A stretch of DNA of 64,000 bases from Verrucomicrobiota bacterium (GCA_037127585.1 JBAXYB010000003.1:3248-67247), one strand, 5' to 3'; positions 1-10,600 are shown, counted from the first letter of the stretch. Program-made: numbers and translations. The notes: generated by a model not told the origin, from the letters alone.

Positions 1-1169
1 GACATTCCAAAGAGGAGTATGATCGTCGTCTTAACCATGCAAAGCAAGCGAAGGAAAATGCAGCGAAACTCTCCGAAAAGTTCTCGGCAAAAACACTCGA
101 TCAGATTCAAGACAATGAGATTGAGGAATTGCTTGCCGCCGTTCAAGCAGAGCGCAGTAGCTCGGACGTTTACGAAGAAGTCCTGAAAGAAAAAGAGAGC
201 GGCTCAGATAAGTATTACCTCAAAGCGATGAACTGCCCACACCATCACCGGGTCTTCGCAGCCGAGCCGCATAGTTACCGGGATTTGCCACTGCGGTTGG
301 CGGAGTACGGCACTTGTTACCGGTACGAGCAGTCGGGCGAACTCTTCGGCTTGATGCGCGTGCGTTCGCTCAACATGAACGACGCGCACATCTACTGCAC
401 GCCCGAGCAATTCGCCGCCGAGTTCAATGCGGTCAACGAGATGTACCTGAAGTATTTCAAGATTTTTGGCTTCGAGAAATATCAGATGCGTTTCAGCACC
501 AGCGCGCCGGAAGGGCTCGGCAAGAAGTACGTGGACGAGCCGGCATTGTGGAAGCAGACCGAGGACATGGTCCGACAAGTCTTGATCGACTCGAAAATCA
601 ACTTCGTCGAGGTCGCCAACGAAGCCGCGTTCTACGGCCCGAAGATCGACGTGCAAGTTTGGAGCGCCATCGGCCGCGAGTTCACCATCGCGACGAATCA
701 GGTGGACTTCGCCGTCCCGAAGCGTTTCGGCCTCGTGTACAAGGATCGCGACAACACCGAGAAGACCCCGCTCTGCATTCACCGCGCGCCGCTCGGCACG
801 CACGAACGTTTCATCGGTTTCCTCATCGAACATTACGCCGGCAATTTCCCGCTCTGGCTCGCGCCGGAGCAGGTGCGAGTCATCACGCTCGGCTCGGAAG
901 AGCCGCTGTTGAATTACGCCAAGGACGTGGTCAATCAACTCCGTGCCCAGCAAGTTCGCGCGGAAGGTGATTACAGCAACGACCCCATGAAGGCGAAGAT
1001 CGCCGAAGCCGAGAAAGCCAAAGTCCACACGATGCTCGTCATCGGCGGTCGCGACATGGAAGCCGGCGCGGTCAGCATCCGGCTCCACGGCAAAGGCATG
1101 GTCGGTACAAAACCGAAGGCGGAAGTGATAGCCGACATTCTTGCCGCGATTCGCGAGCGGCGTTCCTAA
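1..1169 (+). CDS. thrS: threonyl-tRNA synthetase, C-terminal catalytic and anticodon-binding part (5' end outside window)
   Basis: ORF is open to the window start (frame 3). It carries the class II aaRS motif region KAMNCPHHH...YRYEQSGEL...RVRSLNMNDAHIY typical of ThrRS, and the anticodon-binding end of the gene. Confidence 0.85.
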   Translation, partial: HSKEEYDRRLNHAKQAKENAAKLSEKFSAKTLDQIQDNEIEELLAAVQAERSSSDVYEEVLKEKESGSDKYYLKAMNCPHHHRVFAAEPHSYRDLPLRLAEYGTCYRYEQSGELFGLMRVRSLNMNDAHIYCTPEQFAAEFNAVNEMYLKYFKIFGFEKYQMRFSTSAPEGLGKKYVDEPALWKQTEDMVRQVLIDSKINFVEVANEAAFYGPKIDVQVWSAIGREFTIATNQVDFAVPKRFGLVYKDRDNTEKTPLCIHRAPLGTHERFIGFLIEHYAGNFPLWLAPEQVRVITLGSEEPLLNYAKDVVNQLRAQQVRAEGDYSNDPMKAKIAEAEKAKVHTMLVIGGRDMEAGAVSIRLHGKGMVGTKPKAEVIADILAAIRERRS

Positions 1170-1244
1170 CCGCGGTGGGGTTGACGGGCGGTGTACAATG
1201 TTTGGCGCGCAAATCTTAACTGACTTCACCATCGGAGGACGACA

Positions 1245-2393
1245 ATGAGCAAGACACTGAATGTTGGAATGATCGGGTACAAATTCATGGGCAAGGCGCA
1301 CTCGAACGCCTGGCTCAAGGCGGATAAATTTTTTGATCTCAAAGCGCGCCCGGTCATGAAAATGATCTGTGGCCGCGACAAAGCCGGCGTCTCCCAAGCC
1401 GCGTTCCGCTGGGGCTGGGATCAATTCGTCACCGACTGGCGCGATGTCGTCAACGATCCGACGATTGATATCGTCGACATCAACACGCCCAACGACACGC
1501 ACGCCGAGATCGCCATCGCCGCCGCCAAAGCCGGCAAGGCCATCCTCTGCGAAAAACCGCTCGCGATGGATGTGAAGCAAGGCAAACAGATGGTCGAGGC
1601 CGTCAAGAAAGCCGGCGTGGTCAACATGATCTGCCACAATTACCGGCGCATTCCTGCGCTGGTGCAGGCTAAGAAGATGATTGAGGCCGGCGACATCGGG
1701 ACGATCTTTCATTACCGGGCCCGGTACGCGCAGGACTGGATTGTGGATCCAAATTTCCCGCTTGTCTGGCGGTTGCAGAGCAAAGTGGCCGGCAGCGGCA
1801 CGCACGGCGACATCAACGCCCACATCATCGACATCGCCCGGTATCTCGTTGGCGAATTTTCTGAAGTCTGCGGCCAGATGGAAACGTTCATCAAAGAACG
1901 CCCTTTGCCGACGGAGCAAGGCGGCCTCAGTGCGACTGGCTCGAAGAAAATGGGCAAGGTTACGGTTGACGACACGGCGATGTTCATTGGCCGGTTCAAG
2001 AACGGCGCGCTGGCCAATCTCGAAGCGACCCGGTTCGCTCTCGGTCGCAAGAACGGTATCCAAGTCGAAATCAACGGAAGCAAAGGCAGTCTCTATTTCG
2101 ACTTCGAAGACATGAACCGCCTCAAGTATTACAACGAAGCCGACCCTGCCGACCGGCGTGGTTTCCGCGATATCCTCGTGACCGAAGGCGTGCATGCGTA
2201 TGCGAACCATTGGTGGCCACCCGGCCACATCATCGGCTACGAACACACCTTCGTGCATACGATTGCCGACTTCATCAACGCCGTCGTGGACAAGCGCAGC
2301 GTCCAGCCGACGTTAGCCGACGGGCTGGCGAATCAGATCGTGTTGGAAGCCGTCGAGAAATCCGCCAAGACCCGCAAGTGGGTGAAGCTGTAA
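1245..2393 (+). CDS. Gfo/Idh/MocA family NAD(P)-dependent oxidoreductase
   Basis: N-terminal Rossmann motif VGMIGYKFMGKAHSNAW. Length and overall profile fit the Gfo/Idh/MocA family. Confidence 0.8.
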   Translation: MSKTLNVGMIGYKFMGKAHSNAWLKADKFFDLKARPVMKMICGRDKAGVSQAAFRWGWDQFVTDWRDVVNDPTIDIVDINTPNDTHAEIAIAAAKAGKAILCEKPLAMDVKQGKQMVEAVKKAGVVNMICHNYRRIPALVQAKKMIEAGDIGTIFHYRARYAQDWIVDPNFPLVWRLQSKVAGSGTHGDINAHIIDIARYLVGEFSEVCGQMETFIKERPLPTEQGGLSATGSKKMGKVTVDDTAMFIGRFKNGALANLEATRFALGRKNGIQVEINGSKGSLYFDFEDMNRLKYYNEADPADRRGFRDILVTEGVHAYANHWWPPGHIIGYEHTFVHTIADFINAVVDKRSVQPTLADGLANQIVLEAVEKSAKTRKWVKL

Positions 2394-2408
2394 GGGACTT
2401 GGTGTAGC

Positions 2409-2440
2409 GGCGCTTCTGTGAAGCGCCGAATTGTTTGTTT
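2409..2440 (+). terminator. putative rho-independent terminator after the oxidoreductase gene
   Basis: GC hairpin GGCGCTTC-tgtg-GAAGCGCC followed by a T-rich tract (gaattgtttgtttct). Confidence 0.45.
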
Positions 2441-2500
2441 CTCAGCGGGAATCGGCGGCTCACAGAGCCGCCGCTACAACTATTTATAACACGCACTAAC

Positions 2501-3403
2501 TCACTTCCGCTGCCACTCGTCTTTCGTCTCCATAACACCGCGCGGGCCGGGGCCGTCGAGCCAGGCTTTGGCTTCCGCATTGCCGGTGAGATACGCGTCC
2601 CAGAATGCCGTGCTGATGGCGAGGATCGCCTTGTGATGATTCGGGTTGCGCGGTTCGACATCGCCCGGGAGTGGTCGGTCGGTAAACGCGGAATGTTCAG
2701 CTCGGTCGAGAACGAGCTCATACTTGCTGCCCGCCGGCAGCGCCGGAAAGACCGTCCGACGCGATGCCACGGTGGCATGACCGATCGGCGCAGTGTCCTT
2801 CGTGCCGGTCATGAGCAGCCACGGAATCTTTACACTCCCGAAAGCGGTTTGGGCATTGCCGGCGACAGGGGTGCTGGGACTGAATGCGATGGCGGCTTTG
2901 ATGCGCGGGTCAGTGAATTCGCCCACGGGAAAATGTTGGCCGCTGACGGCTTGGGTGGTGACCGCACCGAATGAGTGGCCGGACATACCGACTCGATTCA
3001 TGTCGAGGCGACCGGCGAGGGCGGGAACAGCGGGCAGTTTGTCGAGGACAGCGGAAACATCTTTGACACGGAGGAGAAAGTTCTGGGCGCTGGCGGCGTT
3101 TTGCATGGCGGCCAGGCGTTTCTCCGGCGGCTGCCCCTGCCAGACGCCAGTATCACTGCCGGGATGTTGGAGATAGACGACGACGTAACCGTGCGCGGAC
3201 CAGTGTTGGCCGAGGAACGCGCTGCCGTTACGCGAGCCGCCGAGGCCGTGGCTGAAGAGAATGACCGGGGCCGGCTTTTTGTCCGCCGGGAGGAAGACGC
3301 GCACGGGAATCTCGCGCTGCCGGGCGGCATCGGTCACGGTGAAATCGAGTGGCTCGCCGGCGTGGACGGTGACTGCTATCAGGAAGCTGAGGAGAAGTTT
3401 CAT
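2501..3403 (-). CDS. secreted alpha/beta hydrolase (PAF-acetylhydrolase / lipase-like)
   Basis: Signal peptide MKLLLSFLIAVTVHA at the internal ATG. Nucleophile elbow GMSGHSFGA. The ORF-track start further upstream is probably spurious. Confidence 0.7.
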   Translation of the reverse strand: MKLLLSFLIAVTVHAGEPLDFTVTDAARQREIPVRVFLPADKKPAPVILFSHGLGGSRNGSAFLGQHWSAHGYVVVYLQHPGSDTGVWQGQPPEKRLAAMQNAASAQNFLLRVKDVSAVLDKLPAVPALAGRLDMNRVGMSGHSFGAVTTQAVSGQHFPVGEFTDPRIKAAIAFSPSTPVAGNAQTAFGSVKIPWLLMTGTKDTAPIGHATVASRRTVFPALPAGSKYELVLDRAEHSAFTDRPLPGDVEPRNPNHHKAILAISTAFWDAYLTGNAEAKAWLDGPGPRGVMETKDEWQRK

Positions 3404-3437
3404 ATTAACCACACAGACGGATTGCCGGTCAGAAAGG

Positions 3438-5558
3438 TTACGAAGATTGGGCTTCGGCAATGACGGCGAGCGCTTCTTCGCCGAAGCGTTGGGCTTTGGC
3501 GGGGCCGATGCCGCGCACGTTTAACAGATCGGCGGGCGACTCCGGCAGGAGTCGCGCTAGCTCTTGCAGCGTCTTGTCCGGGAAGACGACGTACGCCGGT
3601 ATGCCCATTCGCGTGGAAGTTTCGCGTCGCCATTTTTTCAACGCTTCGAAGACGTTGTTGTTGTAGTCCGCTGGTGGAGTGGCGGCTGTCCCAGCCGCTT
3701 TCTTGCGAGCCGGTCGCGGCGCTGAGGCCGCTCCCACATTCGCTGCCGGCATTGTTAGGGGGATTGTTTTCTGTTTCAGCATCACTTCTCGGCCGAGGTC
3801 CGTGATCGAGAGGGTGGGGAAACGGTCGCCACCAACCGCAATGCAGCCGGCACGGATCAACGAGTCGAGCAACGACCACACGTAATCGGAGCCTTGCTCG
3901 GCCAAAAGTCCATAAGTCGAGAGTTGATCGAGACGGGCATCGACGACTTCTTTCGAGCGTGACCCGGTCAGTGTCTGGGCAATGCGGGCGCGGCCAAACC
4001 GGCCGTTGACGCGCGCGACGCAACTCAATGTCTTTTGAATGCTGACGGTTTCGGCGTCGGTCGGTAAGCGCGGGGCGGTCTTGCCGGTCTGGGTGACGCA
4101 GTTGTCGCAGACGGTGCAATGCGGACTGGCCTCAGTGTCGCCGAAGTAATCGAGGATGAAGTTGTGCCGGCAGCCGTGGTGATCGGCGTAGGCGATGATC
4201 TTGTGGAGCTTGCCGAGGTCGCGCTGGCGTTTGCTTTCGAGGCGCTCAAAATCAATCTCCAATTCGGAGAAGGCTTTGACTGGTTCGACGAGGCCGGTCG
4301 TGTAGGTCCGATTGCCGGATTCATAATCGCGGGCGATGAAGCCGGCCCGTTCGAGTTGAAACAAGGCGCTACCGACGGCCATGCCGTTCTTGACGCCCGG
4401 CAATTGTTCGGCGATGTCGTCAATCGACATGGTGATCGGGCCGCGTTGACAGAGGCGGGTTAAGGTCTGGTACAAGGCGGCGATGATTTCGCGAGTTGGG
4501 TTGGCGCCTTCGATGAAAAACTCCTGCGTGCGAACGTCGGCATAGTTAAACAGGATCTCGCAGCGGGCCGGCTCGCCATCGCGACCGGCGCGGCCGGCCT
4601 CCTGGTAATATGCCTCGACGCTGCCGGGGATGTCGAAGTGAATGACGAACCGCAAGTCCGACCGGTCGATGCCCATGCCGAAGGCATTGGTCGCGACCGC
4701 CACGTCGCAATCGCCGTTCATGAATTTGGTTTGGGCTTTGTTGCGTTGCTCGGGCGTCATCGCGCCGTGGTAGGCGATGCATTTAATGGGCAACTCGGCG
4801 GCGACTTTTTCGACGTTCTTGCGGGTGGCGCAATAGATGATGCCGGTCTTGTATTGGCGGACGATGTCGACGATGTGCTGAAATTTCGCGGCTTTGCCTT
4901 TGACGTTGGCGACGGCGAGCGTGAGGTTGTGCCGGGCAAAGCCGGTGACGAAAACTTGCGGTTCTTGCCGGCCAAACTTACCGAGGGCGAGCTGTTCGAT
5001 GATGTCGGCCCGGACTTCAGGCGTGGCGGTGGCGGTGAGGGCGATGACCTGCGGTTGTCCGAGTTCTTTGAGCGCCCATTTCAAGCGGATGTAGTCGGGC
5101 CGGAAGTCATGTCCCCATTGTGAGATGCAATGCGCCTCGTCCACCGCAAAGAGCGCGATGGACAACGGCGCTAGGGCGCGGATGAAGCGGTCGCTCTTGA
5201 AGCGTTCTGGCGCGATGTAGACGAGCCGGTAATCGCCGCGTTGCATGCCGGCGGTGCGGGCATCGATCTCGGATTGACTGAGCGAGGAGTTGATGAACGT
5301 GGCCGGGATCTTCTTATCGGTGAGGGCATCGACCTGATCTTTCATCAAGGCGATGAGCGGCGAGACGACGACGGTAATGCCTTCGAGGGCGAGGGCGGGG
5401 TACTGATAGCAGAGTGATTTGCCGCCGCCGGTCGGCATGATGACGAGCGTGTCCTGGCCATCGAGGATGGTCTCGATGACGTGCTCCTGGCCTTCGAGAA
5501 ATTCCCGAAAGCCGAAGTGTTGCTCAAGGAGTTGGTGGCGTTGCGTCGAGTCAAGCAT
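3438..5558 (-). CDS. recQ: ATP-dependent DNA helicase RecQ
   Basis: Canonical RecQ N-terminus (LEQHFGFREFLEGQEHVIETILDGQDTLVIMPTGGGKSLCYQ). DEAH box, RQC and C-terminal HRDC-like region are present. 706 aa. Confidence 0.9.
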   Translation of the reverse strand: MLDSTQRHQLLEQHFGFREFLEGQEHVIETILDGQDTLVIMPTGGGKSLCYQYPALALEGITVVVSPLIALMKDQVDALTDKKIPATFINSSLSQSEIDARTAGMQRGDYRLVYIAPERFKSDRFIRALAPLSIALFAVDEAHCISQWGHDFRPDYIRLKWALKELGQPQVIALTATATPEVRADIIEQLALGKFGRQEPQVFVTGFARHNLTLAVANVKGKAAKFQHIVDIVRQYKTGIIYCATRKNVEKVAAELPIKCIAYHGAMTPEQRNKAQTKFMNGDCDVAVATNAFGMGIDRSDLRFVIHFDIPGSVEAYYQEAGRAGRDGEPARCEILFNYADVRTQEFFIEGANPTREIIAALYQTLTRLCQRGPITMSIDDIAEQLPGVKNGMAVGSALFQLERAGFIARDYESGNRTYTTGLVEPVKAFSELEIDFERLESKRQRDLGKLHKIIAYADHHGCRHNFILDYFGDTEASPHCTVCDNCVTQTGKTAPRLPTDAETVSIQKTLSCVARVNGRFGRARIAQTLTGSRSKEVVDARLDQLSTYGLLAEQGSDYVWSLLDSLIRAGCIAVGGDRFPTLSITDLGREVMLKQKTIPLTMPAANVGAASAPRPARKKAAGTAATPPADYNNNVFEALKKWRRETSTRMGIPAYVVFPDKTLQELARLLPESPADLLNVRGIGPAKAQRFGEEALAVIAEAQSS

Positions 5559-5961
5559 GACGTGTAAATGGATAGTGTGGCAATTGGAAGCCGCTCGAGC
5601 CGAATAGTAGGGTGCTTGTGCGAACTTGCCAAGCTCCGGGACAATGTCGCTAGTGATCTCGGGCCGGTAAGGCGCAACGATCGGCCTTCTACCTACGCCG
5701 GTGTAGCGTGCATTATCCCCAGCGCTGATTCCAGCGTGACGAGTCGCGTCAATCTTGCTAAACGCAACGCGCCATGACTATCACCACCTTGCCGCTCTGG
5801 CCTACCGGCTGTCCGAATAATCCGCAACCTGAGCACGGATGTCTGGCAGGCGCTGCCAACGTTTCAGAATCTGCCCGGCACGGGTGCGAAAATGAGCGCG
5901 ACGAACTCCCTGACAATTCCGACGCAGACTTACCGGCTAAACGGGCGCGTGCCGTAGCGCG

Positions 5962-5991
5962 TTGACAAGGCGGGCGGGCGGCGTCTACGAT
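5962..5991 (+). promoter_or_regulatory. candidate sigma70-like promoter (TTGACA-18 nt-TACGAT) for DUF502/recO
   Basis: TTGACA at 5962-5967 and TACGAT at 5986-5991. This would place the transcription start next to the second ATG (5999), suggesting a short or leaderless 5' UTR. Confidence 0.25.
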
Positions 5992-6607
5992 GCCGGTCAT
6001 GAGCGAGCAGTGGAAATCCATTCGTATTTCATTTTTTACCGGGTTGCTAGTGGTGGTACCGGTCGGGGCGTCGATTGGGTTGATCTGGTGGGTGATCAAA
6101 TTGGTGACGGCGTGGTTGCCGGATCAATATGATTCGCCATTGTGGCGCATGGCGGGCGTGGTGTTCCTGGTTGTGGTGACCGTCTTGGTGGGGATGCTGA
6201 TGCGGAAAGTGGCCGGTAAGCGGCTGATTTCGTTGGGTGAAGATTTGATCGGGCAGACGCCGTTGTTGAATAAGATTTATCCGTTCATGAAAGAGATCAG
6301 TCACACGATGCTCTCCGGGCAGAAGACGATGTTTCAGCGGGTAGTGCTAGTGCAGTTTCCACGCCGGGGAATTTATTCGATTGGATTCATCACGAGCGAG
6401 ACGGCGGGTGAGGCGCAGGCGAAAACGAAGGAGCAAGTCGTCAATGTGTTCGTGCCGACCACTCCGAATCCGACGAGTGGTTTTTTAGTATTGGTGCCGC
6501 GGGAGCAGGTGACGAATATGGATATGTCTGTGACGGAGGGGATGAAAATGGTGATTTCCGGCGGCGCGGTGGTGCCGGCGTATTTGCCGGACGGCAAGCG
6601 GCCGTGA
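5990..6607 (+). CDS. DUF502 family membrane protein
   Basis: N-terminal TM helix (FFTGLLVVVPVGASIGLIWWVIKLV) and a conserved DUF502-like core. True start may be the ATG at 5999. Confidence 0.65.
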   Translation: MPVMSEQWKSIRISFFTGLLVVVPVGASIGLIWWVIKLVTAWLPDQYDSPLWRMAGVVFLVVVTVLVGMLMRKVAGKRLISLGEDLIGQTPLLNKIYPFMKEISHTMLSGQKTMFQRVVLVQFPRRGIYSIGFITSETAGEAQAKTKEQVVNVFVPTTPNPTSGFLVLVPREQVTNMDMSVTEGMKMVISGGAVVPAYLPDGKRP

Positions 6608-7248
6608 TGGAGACGGAGCGCGCGGAGGGGATTGTGGTGCGGTTGCAGCCGGTCACCGAGACGAGTTTGTTGGTGACGTGGTTTACGCGGGAACACGGGA
6701 AGTTGAAGACGTTGGCGAAGGGCGCGCGGCGACCGAAGAGTCCGTTGCGGGGACGGATCGATCTTTTTTACGAGGACGAGATCATTTTTTTGCGGAGTCG
6801 ACGGAGTGATTTGCATTTGTTGCACGATTGTTTTTTGGAGAATTCACACCGGCGGTTGCGGGAGAGTCTGGCCGGGTTGATGGCCGCCTCTTATGTCTGC
6901 GAGTTGGTTGATGTGCTGACGGAGGTCGAAGACCGGCACGCTGCCATATATATAGCGCTGACGCAGGTGTTGGGGATGTTGGAGAAGTCGGCAGGGGTGG
7001 TGCCGCTGCTGTGGTTTGAGTTGCAGGTGTTGGCCGCGGCGGGCTGGCGACCGGAGTTTACTGACGAGACGGGAACGGGGAAGGTGTTGCGGTCGTTGGC
7101 GGCAGCCAGTGCGACCGGAGTGCAGCGCGTGAAGTTGACTGTCGCGCAAGCGCGGGCGGCGCAGGTGAAGTTGGGGCGGTTCCGGGAAGAGCAGGTGGGC
7201 CGGGGGTTGCGATCGGAAAAAATGTGCTTTGAGAAAATCAATCGTTGA
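6604..7248 (+). CDS. recO: DNA repair protein RecO
   Basis: N-terminal OB-fold signature AEGIVVRLQPVTETSLLVTWFTREHGKLKTLAKGARRPKSPLRG. Overlaps the upstream stop (GTGATGG). Confidence 0.8.
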   Translation: MMETERAEGIVVRLQPVTETSLLVTWFTREHGKLKTLAKGARRPKSPLRGRIDLFYEDEIIFLRSRRSDLHLLHDCFLENSHRRLRESLAGLMAASYVCELVDVLTEVEDRHAAIYIALTQVLGMLEKSAGVVPLLWFELQVLAAAGWRPEFTDETGTGKVLRSLAAASATGVQRVKLTVAQARAAQVKLGRFREEQVGRGLRSEKMCFEKINR

Positions 7249-7394
7249 CATTATCCGGTCGGATACTAAGATGCGCCGCACGTAGTGGTGGATGGAATAG
7301 GTTCCGATTGATACTTCAATGAACACGCTTGTCATGACGCAGGCGCCGAGCCGGCAAGCCAACCCAAAACAACCGTACCAGGAGTAGAAGAGCT

Positions 7395-9134
7395 ATGGCT
7401 ACTGAAGCGACAACACGCCGTCAAGTTGAGTTCCCAACGCACGAACGTCCCCATACCGAGATCAGTATCACAGCCATGTTTGGGATTGCGGCGGCTTTTA
7501 CCGTTGCGTGGTTTGGGATCTTGTACGTTACACCGCCAACGAATCACAATTTCGTCCGCGACCTTTTCATGGGTGCGGAAGTGGATCACGAGGGGAAGGT
7601 AATCAAGGGGTTCTTGACTGAACGCGTGATCTTCCAAGGCATGATTACCTTGGTTTGGGCGTGCTCAATGGCGACCGTGGTTTTGAAGCTCATGCGCCTC
7701 AAGAAGGAACAAGCGAGTCTCGAGGATGATCTGATTCCTGAGGGGATCGATATGGGTGACTCCGATAAGCTGATTGAAGTTTATCAAAGGATTAAGTCAA
7801 TGCCGGATATCTCGGAGAGTCTTGGCGTCAGTCGCGTGGGGCGCGTGTTGGCCATGTGGATTAATACGGGTGACTTTGAGCGAACTGCGGAATTTGCGCA
7901 TCTCCAATCGGATATGGATGCAGCGATTTCAGATTCCAGCTACCGCACAAACCGCTTGTACATTTGGGCGATGCCGTTGTTGGGATTCGTTGGAACGGTC
8001 TTCGGTGTTGCGGCCGGCATCAGCGGATTTGCAGCGTTTTTGCGGAGTGGAAATGTTTCGGCACAACAGATCACCGAGCAGGTCGGTAACATTACGACTG
8101 GTTTGGCTGTTGCGTTTTTCTGTACGTTATTGGGTCTTTTGACCGCTGGTTTGGCGGCCTTCCCGAGTTTGATGGCGGAACGTAAAGAGGAAGGCATTCT
8201 CTCGGAAATCGATGAATATGTTGAAGACCGGTTGTTGTCACACATGCCATCGGGCGGTGCCGCTGCGCTTGAGCAACAGAAGTTTCCGATTGATGAACTG
8301 GTTGGGGCGATTCGCGAGGGGATGGCTGGGCTGACAGCGCAGACCAAATTCCCGGTGGAAGAACTCGCCCAAGCGATTGATGCCGGGTTCCGGCGCTTGC
8401 CGAATCCAGAGCGCTATGAGGAAGTCTTCTCCAAGGCGGTCGCGAAAGCTGGCGAAGTCATCAATACGAAATACGAAGAATTTCAGACGAATTACGAGCG
8501 CCGGATCGGCGAGCTTGGTTCAACGTTGGGCGGTAAGCTGGGTGAAGTGGCCAATAACTTTAATAGCGGCACCACCCGCATGATGGCCGACTTTACGAAG
8601 GCCCAAGAGAAGAGCCTTGAACAGTTCGCGAAGAACGATGCCAAGCTCACCGAAAACTTTGAAGAATTGACGGAGAAGGTTACCGCGATGGGGAAAGAAA
8701 TTGCCGAACAGATCGGCGATTCCCACGAGACCTACCTCGAAGCTGTCACCGATCTCGACAAGAAAGAAATTCAACGTTGGGAGAAGATGGTCAACGACTT
8801 CAATCAGTTGTCGGTCAAGTTGGCCGATTCGTTCAAGCAATCGGTTTCCACACTCGACTCCGCATCGGGCCGGTATGCCGATCGGATTCAGCAATCGGTG
8901 CAACAATTGACCGATCAACTGGAGAAGATCGCGCAGCTCGGCAATGAGATTGATAAGGTCTTGCGGACAACGCAGAGCATGGAAGCTACACTCCGGCAGG
9001 TTGGCAGTTCGGATGAGTTCCGCCAGACGTTGGCGAACATTCGGAGCCACTTGGTCACCAGTGATGAGTTGTTGAAGCAATTGTCCAAGCCGCGCAAAGT
9101 CGTGTTCCAAGAAGCGCGCGCCGACGACATTTAA
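7395..9134 (+). CDS. MotA/TolQ/ExbB-family proton channel protein with long C-terminal coiled-coil extension
   Basis: TM helices plus the MotA/ExbB signature RLYIWAMPLLGFVGTVFGVAAGISGFAAFL. ~300 extra C-terminal residues are coiled-coil rich, with repeated KFP[IV][DE]EL..AI..G motifs. 579 aa, versus ~240 aa for typical ExbB. Confidence 0.75.
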   Translation: MATEATTRRQVEFPTHERPHTEISITAMFGIAAAFTVAWFGILYVTPPTNHNFVRDLFMGAEVDHEGKVIKGFLTERVIFQGMITLVWACSMATVVLKLMRLKKEQASLEDDLIPEGIDMGDSDKLIEVYQRIKSMPDISESLGVSRVGRVLAMWINTGDFERTAEFAHLQSDMDAAISDSSYRTNRLYIWAMPLLGFVGTVFGVAAGISGFAAFLRSGNVSAQQITEQVGNITTGLAVAFFCTLLGLLTAGLAAFPSLMAERKEEGILSEIDEYVEDRLLSHMPSGGAAALEQQKFPIDELVGAIREGMAGLTAQTKFPVEELAQAIDAGFRRLPNPERYEEVFSKAVAKAGEVINTKYEEFQTNYERRIGELGSTLGGKLGEVANNFNSGTTRMMADFTKAQEKSLEQFAKNDAKLTENFEELTEKVTAMGKEIAEQIGDSHETYLEAVTDLDKKEIQRWEKMVNDFNQLSVKLADSFKQSVSTLDSASGRYADRIQQSVQQLTDQLEKIAQLGNEIDKVLRTTQSMEATLRQVGSSDEFRQTLANIRSHLVTSDELLKQLSKPRKVVFQEARADDI

Positions 9135-9177
9135 TAGGTCAACTTGACTTCGAACCTACCGGAAGGAAGGTAACAGC

Positions 9178-9723
9178 ATGGCTGGACGCAAGGAGTATAA
9201 GAAGATCGACATTGATGTGGAGCCGTTCTTGTCGATTATGGCCATCGTCATGAAGTTAATCTCCTTGATTCTCGTCGTGATCGTGATGCGAATCGCGGCG
9301 AACCGGGATAAAAAGCACGTGGTGGCCTTGGAAGGGTTGTGGGACGGGTCTACTGGGAATACCAAGAATATCAAAGAGCCAGTCTACTTAGATTGTTTCG
9401 AGGATAAGGTTATTATCTATCCCGGTTCTATCACGAACACGTGGGAGGCTTTGCAAAAACCTGGCAATCCAGTCGAGAAGTTGTTTGATAGAATTCAAGC
9501 GAACTCGACCAACGAATACGTTGTAGTGCTGGCTCGACCGCAGTCGGTGAAATTCTATCGAGCCATTCGCCGGAAACTTAGTCAACGTGGCGGTATCGAC
9601 GTTGGTGCGGATGTAGTCGATGCCAAGTATACAGTGAACTGGGATGCGGCGCTTGGTGCTTTGTCTGTATCGGAGGAAGTACCCGAAACGGCAACGAACA
9701 ACCCGCCGGCTTCGGTCAATTAG
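9178..9723 (+). CDS. ExbD/TolR-family biopolymer transport protein (paralog 1)
   Basis: Basic N-terminus plus TM (IDIDVEPFLSIMAIVMKLISLILVV). Periplasmic domain motifs KEPVYLDCFEDKVIIYPG and EYVVVLARPQSVKFYRAIRRKL match ExbD. Confidence 0.75.
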   Translation: MAGRKEYKKIDIDVEPFLSIMAIVMKLISLILVVIVMRIAANRDKKHVVALEGLWDGSTGNTKNIKEPVYLDCFEDKVIIYPGSITNTWEALQKPGNPVEKLFDRIQANSTNEYVVVLARPQSVKFYRAIRRKLSQRGGIDVGADVVDAKYTVNWDAALGALSVSEEVPETATNNPPASVN

Positions 9724-9753
9724 CAGTGGTGATAACTAACGGAGCAATGAGCC

Positions 9754-10389
9754 ATGCCCAAGCGTAAAAAGAAACATGAGCCAGAGATGCTGATCGTATC
9801 GTTTTGCGACATCGTAACGATTACGACGGCCGCGTTGTTTTTCTGTTTGTTGATCACCGTTCAAGAGGCAGTCAAGGTCCCCGTCTTCAAACCAACGCCG
9901 CGGTCCGCGCCGACGGACAAGACCCCCGTGTTTTTTGAATGCCGGGAAAATGCTGTGATCTATATCGACAAAGAAGGGCTGGATGCGCAGGTTCAACGGA
10001 TGCTGCAGACACTGCCGGCCAATGTGAAGAGTGGTGATATCCAAGCATTTGTTCGGGCAGTTGGAACTGATACGGTTGGCAACGAGTACTACCGGGTCAT
10101 TCCTAGTTATTTGCTGACAGCCATTATGGCATTAGAGCCAAAACCAGGATCCAAGGGTGAAGACAAGCAGCAGTTGAAAGCGGAGAACAGTCGATTTCAC
10201 TTGGTTCTCCGCCAATTGGATCGCAAAAAGCAGTATGCTGTTTTCTTGGTTCGCGACGATAGCTTTGAGGTGTTTCGCAGTGCCCGCAAAGAGGCATTCA
10301 CCACGGGTTTTGAAATCGGTTGGGAATTACTTGGAAAAGATGAACCAGTTAAGTTTGGCTCCGGTGGTGCTGAGATACCGACGAGCTAG
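9754..10389 (+). CDS. ExbD/TolR-family biopolymer transport protein (paralog 2, extended)
   Basis: MPKRKKKHEPEMLIVSFCDIVTITTAALFF TM segment. KTPVFFECRENAVIYIDKEG and YAVFLVRDDSFEVFRSARKEAFTTGFEIG match ExbD. 211 aa. Confidence 0.7.
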   Translation: MPKRKKKHEPEMLIVSFCDIVTITTAALFFCLLITVQEAVKVPVFKPTPRSAPTDKTPVFFECRENAVIYIDKEGLDAQVQRMLQTLPANVKSGDIQAFVRAVGTDTVGNEYYRVIPSYLLTAIMALEPKPGSKGEDKQQLKAENSRFHLVLRQLDRKKQYAVFLVRDDSFEVFRSARKEAFTTGFEIGWELLGKDEPVKFGSGGAEIPTS

Positions 10390-10600
10390 CATGGGTTCGT
10401 AGGTTGTTTTTCTCCGACAACTTTCTTAAAGTTGCGAGCTAGTGCTCATTGAGTTAGCGCCAGACATTAGTTTGCCAATTTAGCGGCGAGATGGTAAGTT
10501 CGCAGCGTTCTGGATAGTTCGAATATCAAGGGCAACCTTGGCAGAACCAGAAGATGTAGTTCGATAGTTACGAATTTCGACCGGTAAAGCTAAATCACCT

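Noticed and set aside
1181-1199. TTGACG ... TACAAT promoter-like hexamers upstream of the Gfo/Idh/MocA gene
   Set aside because: The spacer is only 7 nt, which is incompatible with a sigma70 promoter.
204-2258. 684-aa minus-strand ORF spanning thrS and the Gfo/Idh/MocA gene
   Set aside because: It is antisense to two genes with strong, specific family signatures. Its translation is low-complexity and R/V/A/G-rich, typical of GC-rich antisense frames.
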